DNA from: Mycolicibacterium smegmatis
Lineage (GTDB): Bacteria > Actinomycetota > Actinomycetes > Mycobacteriales > Mycobacteriaceae
Length of the DNA: 32,000 nt
Assembly: GCF_001457595.1 (NCBI RefSeq)
Contig: NZ_LN831039.1
Location: 1,650,001 to 1,682,000 of the forward strand
Direction of reading: 5' to 3'
The translations under genes were made by a program, and so were the position numbers. The stretch's first letter is position 1. Each line of letters starts with the position of its first letter. This document shows positions 1 through 9,959 of the stretch, one piece after another. The notes beneath the pieces are model-generated. The model was not told where the DNA came from and made no database searches. It saw only the letters and a list, made by a program, of their open reading frames with translations.

Positions 1-230
1 GCGCGCACCCGGGCGGCCGACTCCGGGAGGACCTTTTCGATGTCAAACTTGCCGTCTGCCAGCATCGTCAACGCCTCGATACCGACCGCCCGCACCAGCG
101 GTGCCGCGAACGGATCGTTGATCAGGCCGTCGGGATCCTGGCTGACGACCGCACGCCCGGCCGCCACCATCGTCGCCGTCGCCCCCACACTCGACGCCAG
201 ATCCCACGTGTCGTTGTCGCTGCGCACCAT
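1..230 (-). CDS. SAM-dependent methyltransferase, N-terminal part only (runs off the window start)
   Basis: Reverse complement from an ATG at 230 reads [54 protein letters not shown]..., closely matching the N-termini of the next three ORFs. Confidence 0.85.
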   Translation of the reverse strand, partial: MVRSDNDTWDLASSVGATATMVAAGRAVVSQDPDGLINDPFAAPLVRAVGIEALTMLADGKFDIEKVLPESAARVR

Positions 231-238
231 GGACGTCC

Positions 239-1141
239 TCACTTCAGATGTGCCGAAAGGTAACCCGAGTCGCCCGAGAGTTCGGCCATCTCCTCGGGGA
301 GTTCGAAACCATGATCAGCGTAGGCCTCTTTCGACGGCCGCACCGTGACCTGCCAGCCCAGCCCGCGCAGGTAGTCGCCCGCGGTGTTGCGCTCACCGGT
401 GTAGAAGAGGTCGGCGATGTCCAGCGAGCTGCCCACACGTCGCGACCATTCACCGATTCGCTTGCCGGCACCTTCGGCGAGAATGCGGTGGTCCATGTGC
501 TCGGTGGCCAGCCTGCTGCCCGGAGCCGACAGCGCGGTGATGTTGTCCAGCAGGCGATCCTGGGCCTCGGCAGGCAGATAGATCAGCAGGCCTTCGGCGA
601 TCCATGCGGTCGGCTCGGCCGGATCGAATCCGGCGTCGCGCAGGGCCGCGGGCCAGTCGTCACGAAGATCGACGGCCACCGTGCGGCGTTCTGCGGTGGG
701 CTGGGCGCCCAGATCGGCCAGGGTGCGGGTCTTGAACTCGATCACCTGCGGTTGGTCGACCTCGAACAACACGGTCCCGGCGGGCCAGTCCAGCCGGTAG
801 GCGCGGGTGTCCAGACCCGAGGCCAGGATCACGGCCTGGCGTACCCCGTCGGCACCGGCGGCGATGAAGAGCTCGTCGAAATACCGTGTGCGCACGGCGA
901 TCTGCTCGCACATCCGGTTCAGGTCGAGCATCGGGTCGCCCTCGACGCATGTCTCGCCGTCGGCGAGTGCGATGCAGTGCTCGAGGCCGACGGCCTTGAC
1001 GAGCGCGTCGGCGTACGGGTCGTCGATCAGTGGGTCGGGCTGTTTGGTCGCAAGCGCCCGCATCGCCGCGACGCCGGTCGCGGTGGACCCGACGCTGGTC
1101 GCCAGATCCCAGGTGTCGCCGTCGGTTCGTGTCATCGTCAA
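239..1141 (-). CDS. SAM-dependent methyltransferase (leucine carboxyl methyltransferase-like, mycobacterial paralogue family)
   Basis: 300 aa ORF; motifs [66 protein letters not shown]. Confidence 0.9.
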   Translation of the reverse strand: MTMTRTDGDTWDLATSVGSTATGVAAMRALATKQPDPLIDDPYADALVKAVGLEHCIALADGETCVEGDPMLDLNRMCEQIAVRTRYFDELFIAAGADGVRQAVILASGLDTRAYRLDWPAGTVLFEVDQPQVIEFKTRTLADLGAQPTAERRTVAVDLRDDWPAALRDAGFDPAEPTAWIAEGLLIYLPAEAQDRLLDNITALSAPGSRLATEHMDHRILAEGAGKRIGEWSRRVGSSLDIADLFYTGERNTAGDYLRGLGWQVTVRPSKEAYADHGFELPEEMAELSGDSGYLSAHLK

Positions 1142-1144
1142 CTC

Positions 1145-2059
1145 CTAACTGCGTGTCGCGGTGATGGCCACCGACTGCCGCATCGCAGCGTTGTCGTCAC
1201 CGGTGAGCGTGAGGTCGGGGAAGGTGCGGCCATATGCGGCGAACACCTCGGGTCGGGGGCGGGTGCTGACCTGCCAGCCGTGGCCGGCGAGATATTCGTC
1301 GGCGGCGTTGCGGTCGCCGCCGTACCAGAGGTCGGACAGGTCGACGTCGAATCCGTGGTCGCGCCACCGCTCGCTCATCGCCTGCCCGCGGCCACGCAGG
1401 GTCGAGGTGATGTCGGGGTGGTACTCGGTGGCCAATCGGCTACCGCGCGCGGACAGCGCGGTGATGTTGTCGAACAAGCGGTCCTGCGCCTCGGGCGGCA
1501 GGTAGACCAGAAGGCCCTCGGCGATCCACGCCGTCGGCGTCGCCGCGTCGAAGCCTGCGGCGTGCAGCGCGGCGGGCCAGTCGTCACGCAGATCCACCGC
1601 GACCGTGCGGCGCTCGGCGGTCGGTGACGCGCCGATCTCGGCCATGGCCGCGGTCTTCGCCTCGATGACGCGAGGTTGGTCGATCTCGTAGACGACGGTG
1701 CCCGCAGGCCAGCCCAGCCGGTAGGCCCGCGAATCGAGCCCCGCGGCGAGGATCACCGCCTGCCGGATGCCCGCGCCTGCCGCGTCGCAGAAGAAGTCGT
1801 CGAAGAACCGTGTCCGCACGGCCATCATCGAGACCATCAACCCGGCGGCGGCCGCGTCGTCGCCGTCCAGTGCGATGTCCCCGTCGACCAACTTGGTGAA
1901 GAACTCCAGGCCGACCTTGCGCACCAGATCGGCGGCGTAGGGATCGTCGATCAGCGCGTTGGGTTCGGTGCTGGCGATCGCGCGGGCGGCGGCCACCATG
2001 GTGGCCGTCGCGCCGACGCTCGACGCGAGGTCCCAGCTGTCGGTGTCCGTCCGTGCCAT
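1145..2059 (-). CDS. SAM-dependent methyltransferase, tandem paralogue
   Basis: 304 aa ORF; [79 protein letters not shown]. Confidence 0.9.
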   Translation of the reverse strand: MARTDTDSWDLASSVGATATMVAAARAIASTEPNALIDDPYAADLVRKVGLEFFTKLVDGDIALDGDDAAAAGLMVSMMAVRTRFFDDFFCDAAGAGIRQAVILAAGLDSRAYRLGWPAGTVVYEIDQPRVIEAKTAAMAEIGASPTAERRTVAVDLRDDWPAALHAAGFDAATPTAWIAEGLLVYLPPEAQDRLFDNITALSARGSRLATEYHPDITSTLRGRGQAMSERWRDHGFDVDLSDLWYGGDRNAADEYLAGHGWQVSTRPRPEVFAAYGRTFPDLTLTGDDNAAMRQSVAITATRS

Positions 2060-2065
2060 CTGCGC

Positions 2066-2980
2066 CTACCTGGTGGCCGTGACGTAGACGACGGACCCGA
2101 TCTGAGCGTCGTCGTCCACCCGCGGCAGCCCGTTGTGGACGAGCAGCTCATCGGAGGTCATGCTCGTGGTCTTCCAGCCGTGGCCCTGCAGGTAGCTCGA
2201 GACGTCGGCGCGATCACCCAGGAAAACCAGCTCGGTGAAGTCCAGATCGAACCCGTGGGCCCGCCAGCGGTCGGAGAAGTCCTTCATCCGGGCCGCGATC
2301 TCCTCGTGGTCCTCCTCCTCAATGGCGGGAATCTCCTCGACGGCGACCCGGCTGCCCGGGGCGCTGAGTTCGGCGATCTGGTCCAGCAGGCGGTCCTGGG
2401 CCTCCGGCGGCAGGTAACCCAGCAGGCCCTCGGCGATCCACGCGGTGGGCTCGGCCGGGTCGAAGCCCGCTTCGGTCAGCGCGGCGGGCCAGTCGAAGCG
2501 CAGATCCACGGCCACGGCGCGGCGGTCGGTGGTGGGCAGTGCACCCAGATCCGCCAGCGCCTTGGTCTTGAACTCGATGACATCGGGTTGGTCGATCTCG
2601 AACACGACGCTCCCGGCCGGCCACGGCAGCCGGTAGGCGCGCGCATCGAGACCTGACGCGAGGATCACGAACTGGCGGACGCCGGCGCGCGCGGCGTCGA
2701 GGAAGAAGTCGTCGAAGAAGCGGGTGCGCGCGGCCATGCCGTTGGCGAACCGGGTCAGCCCCTCGGCGGCCTCCGGCTCGAGGGCCGTGAGGTCGAAGTT
2801 GTCGTCGACCAGTTTGGTGAAGAAGTCGACACCGACCGCGCGTACGAGCGGCGCGGCGAACGGGTCGTCGATGGCCGGTTCATCGGCGTTGGTGGCCAGT
2901 GCCCGCGCAGCGGCGACCATCGTCGCGGTTGCGCCGACGCTGGATGCGAGGTCCCACGTGTCGTTCTCGGTGCGCGCCAT
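2066..2980 (-). CDS. SAM-dependent methyltransferase, tandem paralogue
   Basis: 304 aa ORF; [81 protein letters not shown]. Confidence 0.9.
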   Translation of the reverse strand: MARTENDTWDLASSVGATATMVAAARALATNADEPAIDDPFAAPLVRAVGVDFFTKLVDDNFDLTALEPEAAEGLTRFANGMAARTRFFDDFFLDAARAGVRQFVILASGLDARAYRLPWPAGSVVFEIDQPDVIEFKTKALADLGALPTTDRRAVAVDLRFDWPAALTEAGFDPAEPTAWIAEGLLGYLPPEAQDRLLDQIAELSAPGSRVAVEEIPAIEEEDHEEIAARMKDFSDRWRAHGFDLDFTELVFLGDRADVSSYLQGHGWKTTSMTSDELLVHNGLPRVDDDAQIGSVVYVTATR

Positions 2981-3010
2981 GACGCCCCCTTACATGTCTC
3001 AAGATGAGCG

Positions 3011-3037
3011 CCGCACCCGCTGGAACCGCGGGTGCGG
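3011..3037. repeat. Perfect inverted repeat, 10-bp arms, 7-nt loop
   Basis: CCGCACCCGC-tggaacc-GCGGGTGCGG, 31 nt upstream of the start codon of the 2066..2980 methyltransferase. Confidence 0.8.
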
Positions 3038-3331
3038 ATATTAGTTAGGCCCTATAACGAGCTGTCGCCGACTGTACGCTTCGAATCTGAAAAGAAACTT
3101 CGACCGAGTGGCAGTCGCCTGGGAGTCGGTCAGAACCGGCGCGGACAAGGCCGCACCCGCCATCGATGCGGGCCGACGCAAGGGCTCCTGTTACTCTCGT
3201 AGACTGTTTGACGGCTGAGTTCGCAGGCTGCGCGCCTGCAGACAAGCCGGACATGACTTGACCATTGACGCTGGACCCACCAGCCCCATTTGGCACGCCG
3301 CGCTGAGAAGGTCGGCTGCGCAGGAGGAAGA

Positions 3332-4657
3332 GTGCTTTCGGCTTTCATCTCGTCGCTGCGAACGGCCGACCTCAGACGCAAGATCCTGTTCACCTTGGGC
3401 CTGGTAATCCTTTACCGGGTCGGTGCCTCGATCCCGTCTCCCGGGGTGAACTACCCCAACGTTCAGCAATGCATCGCGCAGGTCAGCGGTGGCGACTCGG
3501 CTCAGATCTACTCGCTGATCAACCTGTTTTCCGGCGGTGCGCTGCTGCAGCTCACGGTGTTCGCGGTGGGCGTCATGCCCTACATCACCGCGAGCATCAT
3601 CGTGCAGCTGCTCACCGTGGTGATCCCGCGGTTCGAGCAGCTGCGTAAGGAAGGTCAGGCCGGCCAGGCCAAGATGACCCAGTACACGCGGTACCTGTCG
3701 ATCGCGCTCGCGATCCTGCAGGCCACCAGCATCGTGGCGCTCGCGGCCAACGGCGGCCTGCTGCAGGGCTGCTCGCTGGACATCATCCAGGACAGCTCGA
3801 TCTTCGGTCTGATCGTGATCGTGCTGGTCATGACCGCCGGTGCGGCCCTGGTCATGTGGATGGGCGAGCTGGTCACCGAGCGCGGCATCGGCAACGGCAT
3901 GTCGCTGCTGATCTTCGCCGGTATCGCCGCCCGCATCCCCGCCGAGGGCCAGACCATCCTGGAGAGCCGCGGCGGCGTCGTGTTCACCGCCGTGGTCATC
4001 GCCGCGCTGGTGATCATCATCGGCGTGGTGTTCGTCGAGCAGGGCCAGCGCCGCATCCCGGTCCAGTACGCCAAGCGCATGGTGGGCCGCAAGATGTACG
4101 GCGGCACCTCGACCTACCTGCCGCTCAAGGTCAACCAGGCCGGCGTCATCCCCGTCATCTTCGCGTCGTCGCTGATCTACATCCCGCACCTGATCACGCA
4201 GCTGATCCAGAGCGGGAGCTCGAACCCCGGCACCGGCTGGTGGGACAAGTTCGTCGCGGACTACCTGACCAACCCGGCCGACCCCGTTTACATCGCGGTC
4301 TACTTCGGCCTGATCGTGTTCTTCACGTACTTCTACGTGTCGATCACGTTCAACCCCGACGAGCGTGCCGACGAGATGAAGAAGTTCGGCGGCTTCATCC
4401 CGGGTATCCGTCCCGGCAAGCCGACGGCGGACTACCTGAGGTACGTGCTGAGCCGGATCACCCTGCCGGGCTCGATCTACCTCGGCGTGATCGCCGTTCT
4501 GCCCAACCTGTTCCTGGAGATCGGGAACACCGGTTCGGTACAGAACCTGCCGTTCGGCGGGACCGCGGTTCTGATCATGATCGGTGTCGGTCTCGACACC
4601 GTGAAGCAGATCGAGAGCCAGCTGATGCAACGTAACTACGAAGGGTTCCTGAAGTGA
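3332..4657 (+). CDS. secY: Preprotein translocase subunit SecY
   Basis: Start chosen at GTG 3332 after AGGAGG (3322-3327), giving 441 aa beginning [43 protein letters not shown]; multiple TM segments typical of SecY. The track start at 3290 looks like an upstream over-extension. Confidence 0.97.
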   Translation: MLSAFISSLRTADLRRKILFTLGLVILYRVGASIPSPGVNYPNVQQCIAQVSGGDSAQIYSLINLFSGGALLQLTVFAVGVMPYITASIIVQLLTVVIPRFEQLRKEGQAGQAKMTQYTRYLSIALAILQATSIVALAANGGLLQGCSLDIIQDSSIFGLIVIVLVMTAGAALVMWMGELVTERGIGNGMSLLIFAGIAARIPAEGQTILESRGGVVFTAVVIAALVIIIGVVFVEQGQRRIPVQYAKRMVGRKMYGGTSTYLPLKVNQAGVIPVIFASSLIYIPHLITQLIQSGSSNPGTGWWDKFVADYLTNPADPVYIAVYFGLIVFFTYFYVSITFNPDERADEMKKFGGFIPGIRPGKPTADYLRYVLSRITLPGSIYLGVIAVLPNLFLEIGNTGSVQNLPFGGTAVLIMIGVGLDTVKQIESQLMQRNYEGFLK

Positions 4658-5199
4658 GAGTCGTTCTGCTCGGACCGCCTGGGGCGGGCAAGGGTACGCA
4701 GGCGGAGAAGCTGTCCGAGAAACTCGGCATCCCGCAGATCTCCACCGGGGACCTCTTCCGCAAGAACATCGGTGACGGCACGCCGCTGGGCCTGGAGGCC
4801 AAGCGCTACCTCGACGCCGGCGACCTCGTGCCTGCCGAGCTGACGAACCGTCTGGTCGAGGACCGGATCGACCAGCCCGACGCGGCCGAGGGATTCATCC
4901 TCGACGGCTACCCGCGCTCGGTCGAGCAGGCCGGCGCGCTCAAGGACATGCTGGCCGCGCGCAACACCAAGCTCGACGCGGTGCTGGAGTTCCAGGTGTC
5001 CGAGGACGAGCTGCTGACGCGCCTCAAGGGCCGCGGCCGCGCCGACGACACCGACGAGGTGATCCGCAACCGCATGAAGGTCTACCGCGAGGAGACCGAG
5101 CCGCTGCTGGAGTACTACCGCGACGACCTGAAGACCGTAAACGCAGTAGGTGCGCTCGACGAGGTGTTCGCACGGGCGTTGAGCGCGCTCGGTCAGTGA
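4654..5199 (+). CDS. adk: Adenylate kinase
   Basis: 181 aa; P-loop [30 protein letters not shown] and [15 protein letters not shown] motifs; overlaps the secY stop by 4 nt (GTGA). Confidence 0.97.
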   Translation: MRVVLLGPPGAGKGTQAEKLSEKLGIPQISTGDLFRKNIGDGTPLGLEAKRYLDAGDLVPAELTNRLVEDRIDQPDAAEGFILDGYPRSVEQAGALKDMLAARNTKLDAVLEFQVSEDELLTRLKGRGRADDTDEVIRNRMKVYREETEPLLEYYRDDLKTVNAVGALDEVFARALSALGQ

Positions 5200-5218
5200 G
5201 CCCAAGCGGAGCGGTGCC

Positions 5219-6016
5219 GTGATCAATCTGCGTGGAAGACGTAAGCCCAAGGTGGTCACGCAACGCACGTCCGCGGAACTGGACGCCATGGCGGTGGCCG
5301 GTGCGCTCGTCGCGTCGGCCCTGCGGGCCGTCAAGACCGCGGCCGCACCCGGCGTCTCCACCCTGGAACTGGACCGCATCGCCGAAACGGTCATCCGCGA
5401 CGGCGGCGGCACGCCGTCGTTCCTCGGCTACCACGGCTTCCCGGCCAGCATCTGTGCGTCGGTCAACGAACGCGTGGTGCACGGCATCCCCTCGGCCGAC
5501 GAGGTGCTGGCCGCCGGCGACCTGGTCTCCATCGACTGCGGCGCGATCGTCGACGGCTGGCACGGCGACTCCGCCGTGACATTCGGCGTCGGCCCGCTGA
5601 TCCCTGCCGACGAGGCCCTATCGGAGGCGACCAAGGCCGCCATGGAGGCAGGCATCGCCGCAATGGTGCCCGGCAACCGGCTCACCGACGTCTCGCACGC
5701 CATCGAGGTGGAGACGCACGCCGCCGAGAAGCGCGACGACCGCAAGTACGGCATCGTCGCCAACTACGGCGGACACGGGATCGGACGCCAGATGCACATG
5801 GATCCGTTCCTGCCCAACGAGGGCGCCCCGGGCCGCGGACCGTACCTGGCCCCGGGTTCGGTGCTGGCCATCGAACCGATGCTGACCCTCGGCACCACCA
5901 AGACCGTGGTGCTCGACGACGAGTGGACCGTGGTCACCGCCGACGGCACCCGCGCCGCCCACTGGGAGCACACCGTCGCCGTCACCGAGGACGGCCCCCG
6001 CATCCTGACGCAGTAA
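5219..6016 (+). CDS. map: Type I methionine aminopeptidase
   Basis: 265 aa; [66 protein letters not shown] motifs; directly after adk. Confidence 0.96.
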   Translation: MINLRGRRKPKVVTQRTSAELDAMAVAGALVASALRAVKTAAAPGVSTLELDRIAETVIRDGGGTPSFLGYHGFPASICASVNERVVHGIPSADEVLAAGDLVSIDCGAIVDGWHGDSAVTFGVGPLIPADEALSEATKAAMEAGIAAMVPGNRLTDVSHAIEVETHAAEKRDDRKYGIVANYGGHGIGRQMHMDPFLPNEGAPGRGPYLAPGSVLAIEPMLTLGTTKTVVLDDEWTVVTADGTRAAHWEHTVAVTEDGPRILTQ

Positions 6017-6079
6017 CACCTTCAGCAATTGCTGGAAAGCGCCGGAACCGTGATGTGGTCGACAGGCGCAAAGGTGTAA

Positions 6080-6107
6080 TGAACTGGATCACGCCCAACG
6101 TCGTATC
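6080..6107 (+). promoter_or_regulatory. Candidate SigL-type ECF promoter upstream of sigL
   Basis: TGAACT (6080-6085)-N16-CGTATC (6102-6107), just upstream of SD GGAGG (6114-6118) and the sigL start; close to the published M. tuberculosis SigL consensus TGAACC-N16/17-CGTgtc. Confidence 0.7.
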
Positions 6108-6124
6108 AATGACGGAGGTTGGGA

Positions 6125-6667
6125 ATGGAGGATCCGGAGGCCGCCATGATGCGGGCGCTCTATGACGAGCACGCCACCGCACTGTGGCGATACGCGCTGC
6201 GCCTGACCGGCGACCCCGCGCGTGCCGAGGATGTCGTGCAGGAGACATTGCTGCGCGCCTGGCGCCACCAACCCGACCTCCGCACCGGTGGCGGAGCCGA
6301 CGGTATCGCCGGTCCCGACCGCTCGCCACGGGCCTGGCTTTTCACCGTGGCACGCAACATGATTATCGATGAACGACGGAGTGCTCGTTTCCGCAACGAG
6401 ACCGACGTCCCCGACCCAGAACAGGTGGCCGATCACGCCACCTCCGACCAGGTGGATACCGCGTTGGACCGGCTTTTGTTGGGCACAGCTCTACGCCAGC
6501 TCTCCGATGACCATCGTGCGGTGATCCGACGCGCCTACTACCAGGGACTGACCACCGGGCAGATCGCGGCCGAGCTGCAGATACCCGAGGGAACCGTGAA
6601 ATCGCGGCTGCACTACGCCGTGCGCGCACTGAAACTGAGCTTGCAGGAGATGGGGGTGACACGATGA
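6125..6667 (+). CDS. sigL: ECF RNA polymerase sigma factor SigL
   Basis: Sigma70 region 2 (ALWRYALRLTGDPARAEDVVQETLLRAWR) and region 4 (LRQLSDDHRAVIRRAYYQGLTTGQIAAELQIPEGTVKSRLHYAVRALK). ATG 6125 preferred over TTG 6119. Followed by an anti-sigma factor in the map-distal position typical of sigL. Confidence 0.88.
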   Translation: MEDPEAAMMRALYDEHATALWRYALRLTGDPARAEDVVQETLLRAWRHQPDLRTGGGADGIAGPDRSPRAWLFTVARNMIIDERRSARFRNETDVPDPEQVADHATSDQVDTALDRLLLGTALRQLSDDHRAVIRRAYYQGLTTGQIAAELQIPEGTVKSRLHYAVRALKLSLQEMGVTR

Positions 6668-7395
6668 CTCAATCCGAACCCCATCGAATCGGGCCAGTCG
6701 ACCCCGACCGATATTCGACATGGGACGCGGCGTATGTGCTCGGATCGCTGTCCAGCGAGGAGCGCCGCGAATACGAGGCGCACCTGACGACGTGCCCGCA
6801 GTGCCGCGCGGGCGTCGCCGAACTGAGCGGCATGCCCGCGCTGCTGTCGCTGATCGACCTCGACGACGTGCGCGCCATCGACGGCGAGCAGCCCGATTCG
6901 CCACTGCGCCCCGAGGTGCTGGACTCCGTGATGGCCGAGGTGGGCGCGCGCAGGCGCCGCACCCGGTGGCTGACGACATCGGTCGCCGCGCTGGCCGCGG
7001 TGCTGCTGGCGGTCGGGATCGTCGTGCTGGCCCGGCCCGAGACCTTCGGCCTGCAGCGCGGAACCGAACAGCAGACCGCGCAGATGCTGGAGATGTCGAA
7101 GGTCGCGCAGACGCCGATCAACGCCAGCATCGCGCTCACGGGCTACACCTGGGGCACCCGCATCGACATGGCGTGCTCGTACGGCGACTGGGGGAGCAAG
7201 GGCGCCCAACCGCAGGATCTGGGCATGGTGGTTGTCGGCCGCGACGGCAGCCGTGAACAGGTGGCCACCTGGCTGGGGCTCTCCGGGGCGACCGCACTGC
7301 CCAGTGGCAACACCCAGAAGCCGATGGACGACATTGCCGCCATCCAGATGGTGTCGGTCGCCGACGGGAAAGTTCTGCTCGAAAAGAAGCTCTGA
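6664..7395 (+). CDS. rslA: Zinc-binding anti-sigma factor (anti-SigL)
   Basis: ATGA overlap with sigL; ZAS motif HxxxCxxC in YEAHLTTCPQCRAG; one TM segment WLTTSVAALAAVLLAVGIVVLA. Confidence 0.87.
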   Translation: MTQSEPHRIGPVDPDRYSTWDAAYVLGSLSSEERREYEAHLTTCPQCRAGVAELSGMPALLSLIDLDDVRAIDGEQPDSPLRPEVLDSVMAEVGARRRRTRWLTTSVAALAAVLLAVGIVVLARPETFGLQRGTEQQTAQMLEMSKVAQTPINASIALTGYTWGTRIDMACSYGDWGSKGAQPQDLGMVVVGRDGSREQVATWLGLSGATALPSGNTQKPMDDIAAIQMVSVADGKVLLEKKL

Positions 7396-7437
7396 GACCC
7401 GCGATTCGGCGCGACACTCCCGGGCCCTGCTCGGAGT

Positions 7438-7454
7438 CAGCTGTTTGACAGCTG
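7438..7454. repeat. Short inverted repeat between rslA and the next unit
   Basis: CAGCTGT-ttg-ACAGCTG, perfect 7-bp arms, 3-nt loop; no U tract, so the terminator call is weak. Confidence 0.5.
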
Positions 7455-7492
7455 CGCACCCGGTGGGAAAACAGCGAAAACGCCCATCGGTT

Positions 7493-7520
7493 TGAACCGG
7501 CCCTGCGCACCCCTCGTGTC
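7493..7520 (+). promoter_or_regulatory. Candidate SigL-dependent promoter of the ThDP/KAS III/aminotransferase cassette
   Basis: TGAACC (7493-7498)-N16-CGTGTC (7515-7520), 29 nt upstream of ATG 7550; matches the published SigL consensus at every position. Confidence 0.75.
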
Positions 7521-7549
7521 ACTAGGCACACGACGGGAGTAGGTGACAA

Positions 7550-9298
7550 ATGGCCAATGGGTGCAGAGTGGTGGACCACATCGTCGGCTGTCTCGCACAG
7601 AGCGGGATCAGCCACATCTTCGGGGTCGACGGGGCCAACATCGAGGACCTCTACGATGCGGCGTTCTTTCGTGACGACATCACCGCGGTGCTTGCCAAAC
7701 ACGAATTCTCCGCTGCCGCAATGGCAGACGGATACAGCCGCAGCGGCGCCGGGATCGGTGTGGTGGCCGCGACCTCGGGAGGCGGCTGCCTCAACACGGT
7801 GCCGGGGCTCGGCGAATCGCTCGCCAGCCGGGTCCCGGTGCTCGCGCTGATCGGACAACCGCCCACGACGCTCGACGGACAGGGTTCTTTCCAGGACACC
7901 AGCGGCGACAACGGCGCGCTCGACGCGCTTTCGTTGTTCTCGGCCGTGTCGGTGTACTGCCGCCGGGTGCTCTCACCCGATGCGATCCACACCGTGCTGC
8001 CGGAGGCGCTTGCCGCCGCACGTACCGGCGGACCGGCAGTGTTGTTGCTGCCCAAGGATGTTCAGCAGGCAGTGCTCGGTGAGCACGTCAACGGGCACGT
8101 TCCCGTCATGCAGCTGGGAACCCGGATCTCCGAGCTGACCATGATGGTGCGGGCACTGCGCCGCGCCGACGGGCCCATCACGATCTTCGCCGGGGAGCAG
8201 GTCGCCAGGGACGATGCCCGCGCCGAACTGGAACGGCTGCGCGCTACCCTGCGCGCCCGTATCGCCACCGTGCCCGACGCGAAAGACGTCGGCGGCACGC
8301 CGGGTTTCGGGTCGTCGTCGGCCCTCGGGGTGTGCGGGGTGATGGGACATCCGGGTGTCGTCGCGGCAGCCGCGGGAAGCGGGGCGTGCCTGCTGGTGGG
8401 GACCCGCATGACCGTGACCGCGCGCGCCGGCCTCGACGGTGTGCTGGGTTCGGTGCCCACGTACTCGATCGGCTCGCAGCAGCCGTACGTGCCCGCCACG
8501 CACGTGCACACCGACGACCTGCGCGGCGCGCTGACGATGCTGGCCGAGGCGCTGACCGGCAACGGCAGGCCGCACCAGATCCGCGTCCCGGATGTGGTGC
8601 CGCACACCGAACTACCGACACCACCCCATGACGGGCCCGGCATCCGGTACCGCGACGCGATGCGCGTGCTCGACCGGGCGCTGCCCGACGGTACCGACAT
8701 CGTCGTCGACGCGGGCAACATCGGGGCGTCGGCCATCCACCACCTGCCGGTGCGCCGCGACGGACGCTTCCTCGTCGCGCTCGGGATGGGCGGCATGGGG
8801 TACAGCTTCGGCGCGGGCATCGGCATGACCTTCCACCGCGCCGCCCGGCCCGACCCGCACGGGCAGCGGCGTACCGTGGTGATCGCCGGTGACGGGTCGT
8901 TCTTCATGCACGGCATGGAAATTCACACCGCCGTGCAGTACCGGCTCCCCATCACCTTCCTGCTGTTCGACAACCACGCACACGCCATGTGCGTCACACG
9001 CGAGCAGTTGTTCTACGGCGACCGCTACACCTACAACCGATTCGGCCCGAGCCATCTCGGCGCCGGACTCGCCGCGATGCTGCCCGGACTGACCGCGCTG
9101 GACGTCGACGACATCGATGATCTGTCCGCCGCACTCGACGCCGCGTTGCGCACCGACGGCCCGGTAGTCATCAGCGTCGAATGCTCGCCCGACGAAATCC
9201 CCCCGTTCGCAGCGTTTCTCGGCACCGCAACCGAAATCGCAACCGCAACCACCCCGAACACACAGGAGAACGATTCCCATGCCACTGCCCGCGCTTGA
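7550..9298 (+). CDS. Thiamine diphosphate-dependent enzyme (acetolactate synthase/benzoylformate decarboxylase-like)
   Basis: 582 aa; N-terminal VLAKHEFSAAAMADGYSR and TSGGGCLNTVPGLGESLASRVPVLALIGQ; C-terminal GDGSFFMHGMEIHTAVQYRLPITFLLFDNHAHAMC ThDP motif. Confidence 0.88.
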   Translation: MANGCRVVDHIVGCLAQSGISHIFGVDGANIEDLYDAAFFRDDITAVLAKHEFSAAAMADGYSRSGAGIGVVAATSGGGCLNTVPGLGESLASRVPVLALIGQPPTTLDGQGSFQDTSGDNGALDALSLFSAVSVYCRRVLSPDAIHTVLPEALAAARTGGPAVLLLPKDVQQAVLGEHVNGHVPVMQLGTRISELTMMVRALRRADGPITIFAGEQVARDDARAELERLRATLRARIATVPDAKDVGGTPGFGSSSALGVCGVMGHPGVVAAAAGSGACLLVGTRMTVTARAGLDGVLGSVPTYSIGSQQPYVPATHVHTDDLRGALTMLAEALTGNGRPHQIRVPDVVPHTELPTPPHDGPGIRYRDAMRVLDRALPDGTDIVVDAGNIGASAIHHLPVRRDGRFLVALGMGGMGYSFGAGIGMTFHRAARPDPHGQRRTVVIAGDGSFFMHGMEIHTAVQYRLPITFLLFDNHAHAMCVTREQLFYGDRYTYNRFGPSHLGAGLAAMLPGLTALDVDDIDDLSAALDAALRTDGPVVISVECSPDEIPPFAAFLGTATEIATATTPNTQENDSHATARA

Positions 9299-9959
9299 AG
9301 ACATCACCACCCACCGGGGCACCGCCGATCCGATCGACGGGCTGATCCGCATCGAGACCTCACCGAAGGAGGCCGCGACCCCGATCATCATGGAGATGAT
9401 GCGGTCGGTGTACCCGCACGAGCAGGTGTTCGGTGAGTACTGCACGGTCAACGACTACATCGCGTGCCCGCCCGACGAACTGTTCGACTACCTCGCCGAT
9501 ACCCGAAGCCTCGAGGAGTGGACCTACAGTCTGCGGGGATTCGCCACCACCGAGGAGCCCGGACTGTGGGTGGCCCGCGACCGCCTCGGTGAGGGCAGCG
9601 GTGGACCCGGCAGCGCGATCTACACGCGCACGGTCGCCAACCGTGACGCGATGACCGTCGACTACCACTGCGCCTGGGATCAGGGCAAGCACCTGTGGAT
9701 GATCTACCTGATGCGCATCGTCGACGCCCAGGTGGTGTTCGACAAGCCGGGATCGGTTGTGCTGTGGACCAATTGCCACCATCCCTTCTACGACGAGAAC
9801 CCGTACCCCGAGACCGCGCCGCCCGGGCGACCGGTCTGGGTCGGTGACTTCTGGGACATGTTCGGCCCCGGTCACCTGCTGGAACTGAAGAACCTCAAGG
9901 CGATCGCCGAGTACCGGCACCGCAACGGACTGCCGCTCACCCCGGCCTGGATGAAATGA
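9279..9959 (+). CDS. Hypothetical protein with SRPBCC/START-like domain
   Basis: 226 aa; VNDYIACPPDELFDYLADTRSLEEWTYSLRGF resembles polyketide cyclase/SRPBCC N-termini; overlaps the upstream ORF by 20 nt with SD AGGAG (9263-9267). Confidence 0.65.
   Translation: MPLPALEDITTHRGTADPIDGLIRIETSPKEAATPIIMEMMRSVYPHEQVFGEYCTVNDYIACPPDELFDYLADTRSLEEWTYSLRGFATTEEPGLWVARDRLGEGSGGPGSAIYTRTVANRDAMTVDYHCAWDQGKHLWMIYLMRIVDAQVVFDKPGSVVLWTNCHHPFYDENPYPETAPPGRPVWVGDFWDMFGPGHLLELKNLKAIAEYRHRNGLPLTPAWMK

Noticed and set aside
248-1627. 459-aa plus-strand ORF (and 1676..2656) antisense to the methyltransferases
   Set aside because: Repeated similarity between these ORFs only reflects the underlying paralogous methyltransferase genes on the other strand.
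3047-3059. TAGG-c-CCTA / GTTA...TAAC symmetry near 3047-3059
   Set aside because: Arms are only 4 bp and the two symmetries have different centres; insufficient as an operator call.
3191-4630. 479-aa minus-strand ORF antisense to secY
   Set aside because: Sense strand is unambiguous SecY; antisense translation is low-complexity and His/Asp/Gln-rich.
9225-9256. Repetitive gcaaccgaaatcgcaaccgcaacc at the 3' end of the ThDP enzyme gene
   Set aside because: Short Thr/Ala-coding low-complexity tail; no array or mobile-element signature.
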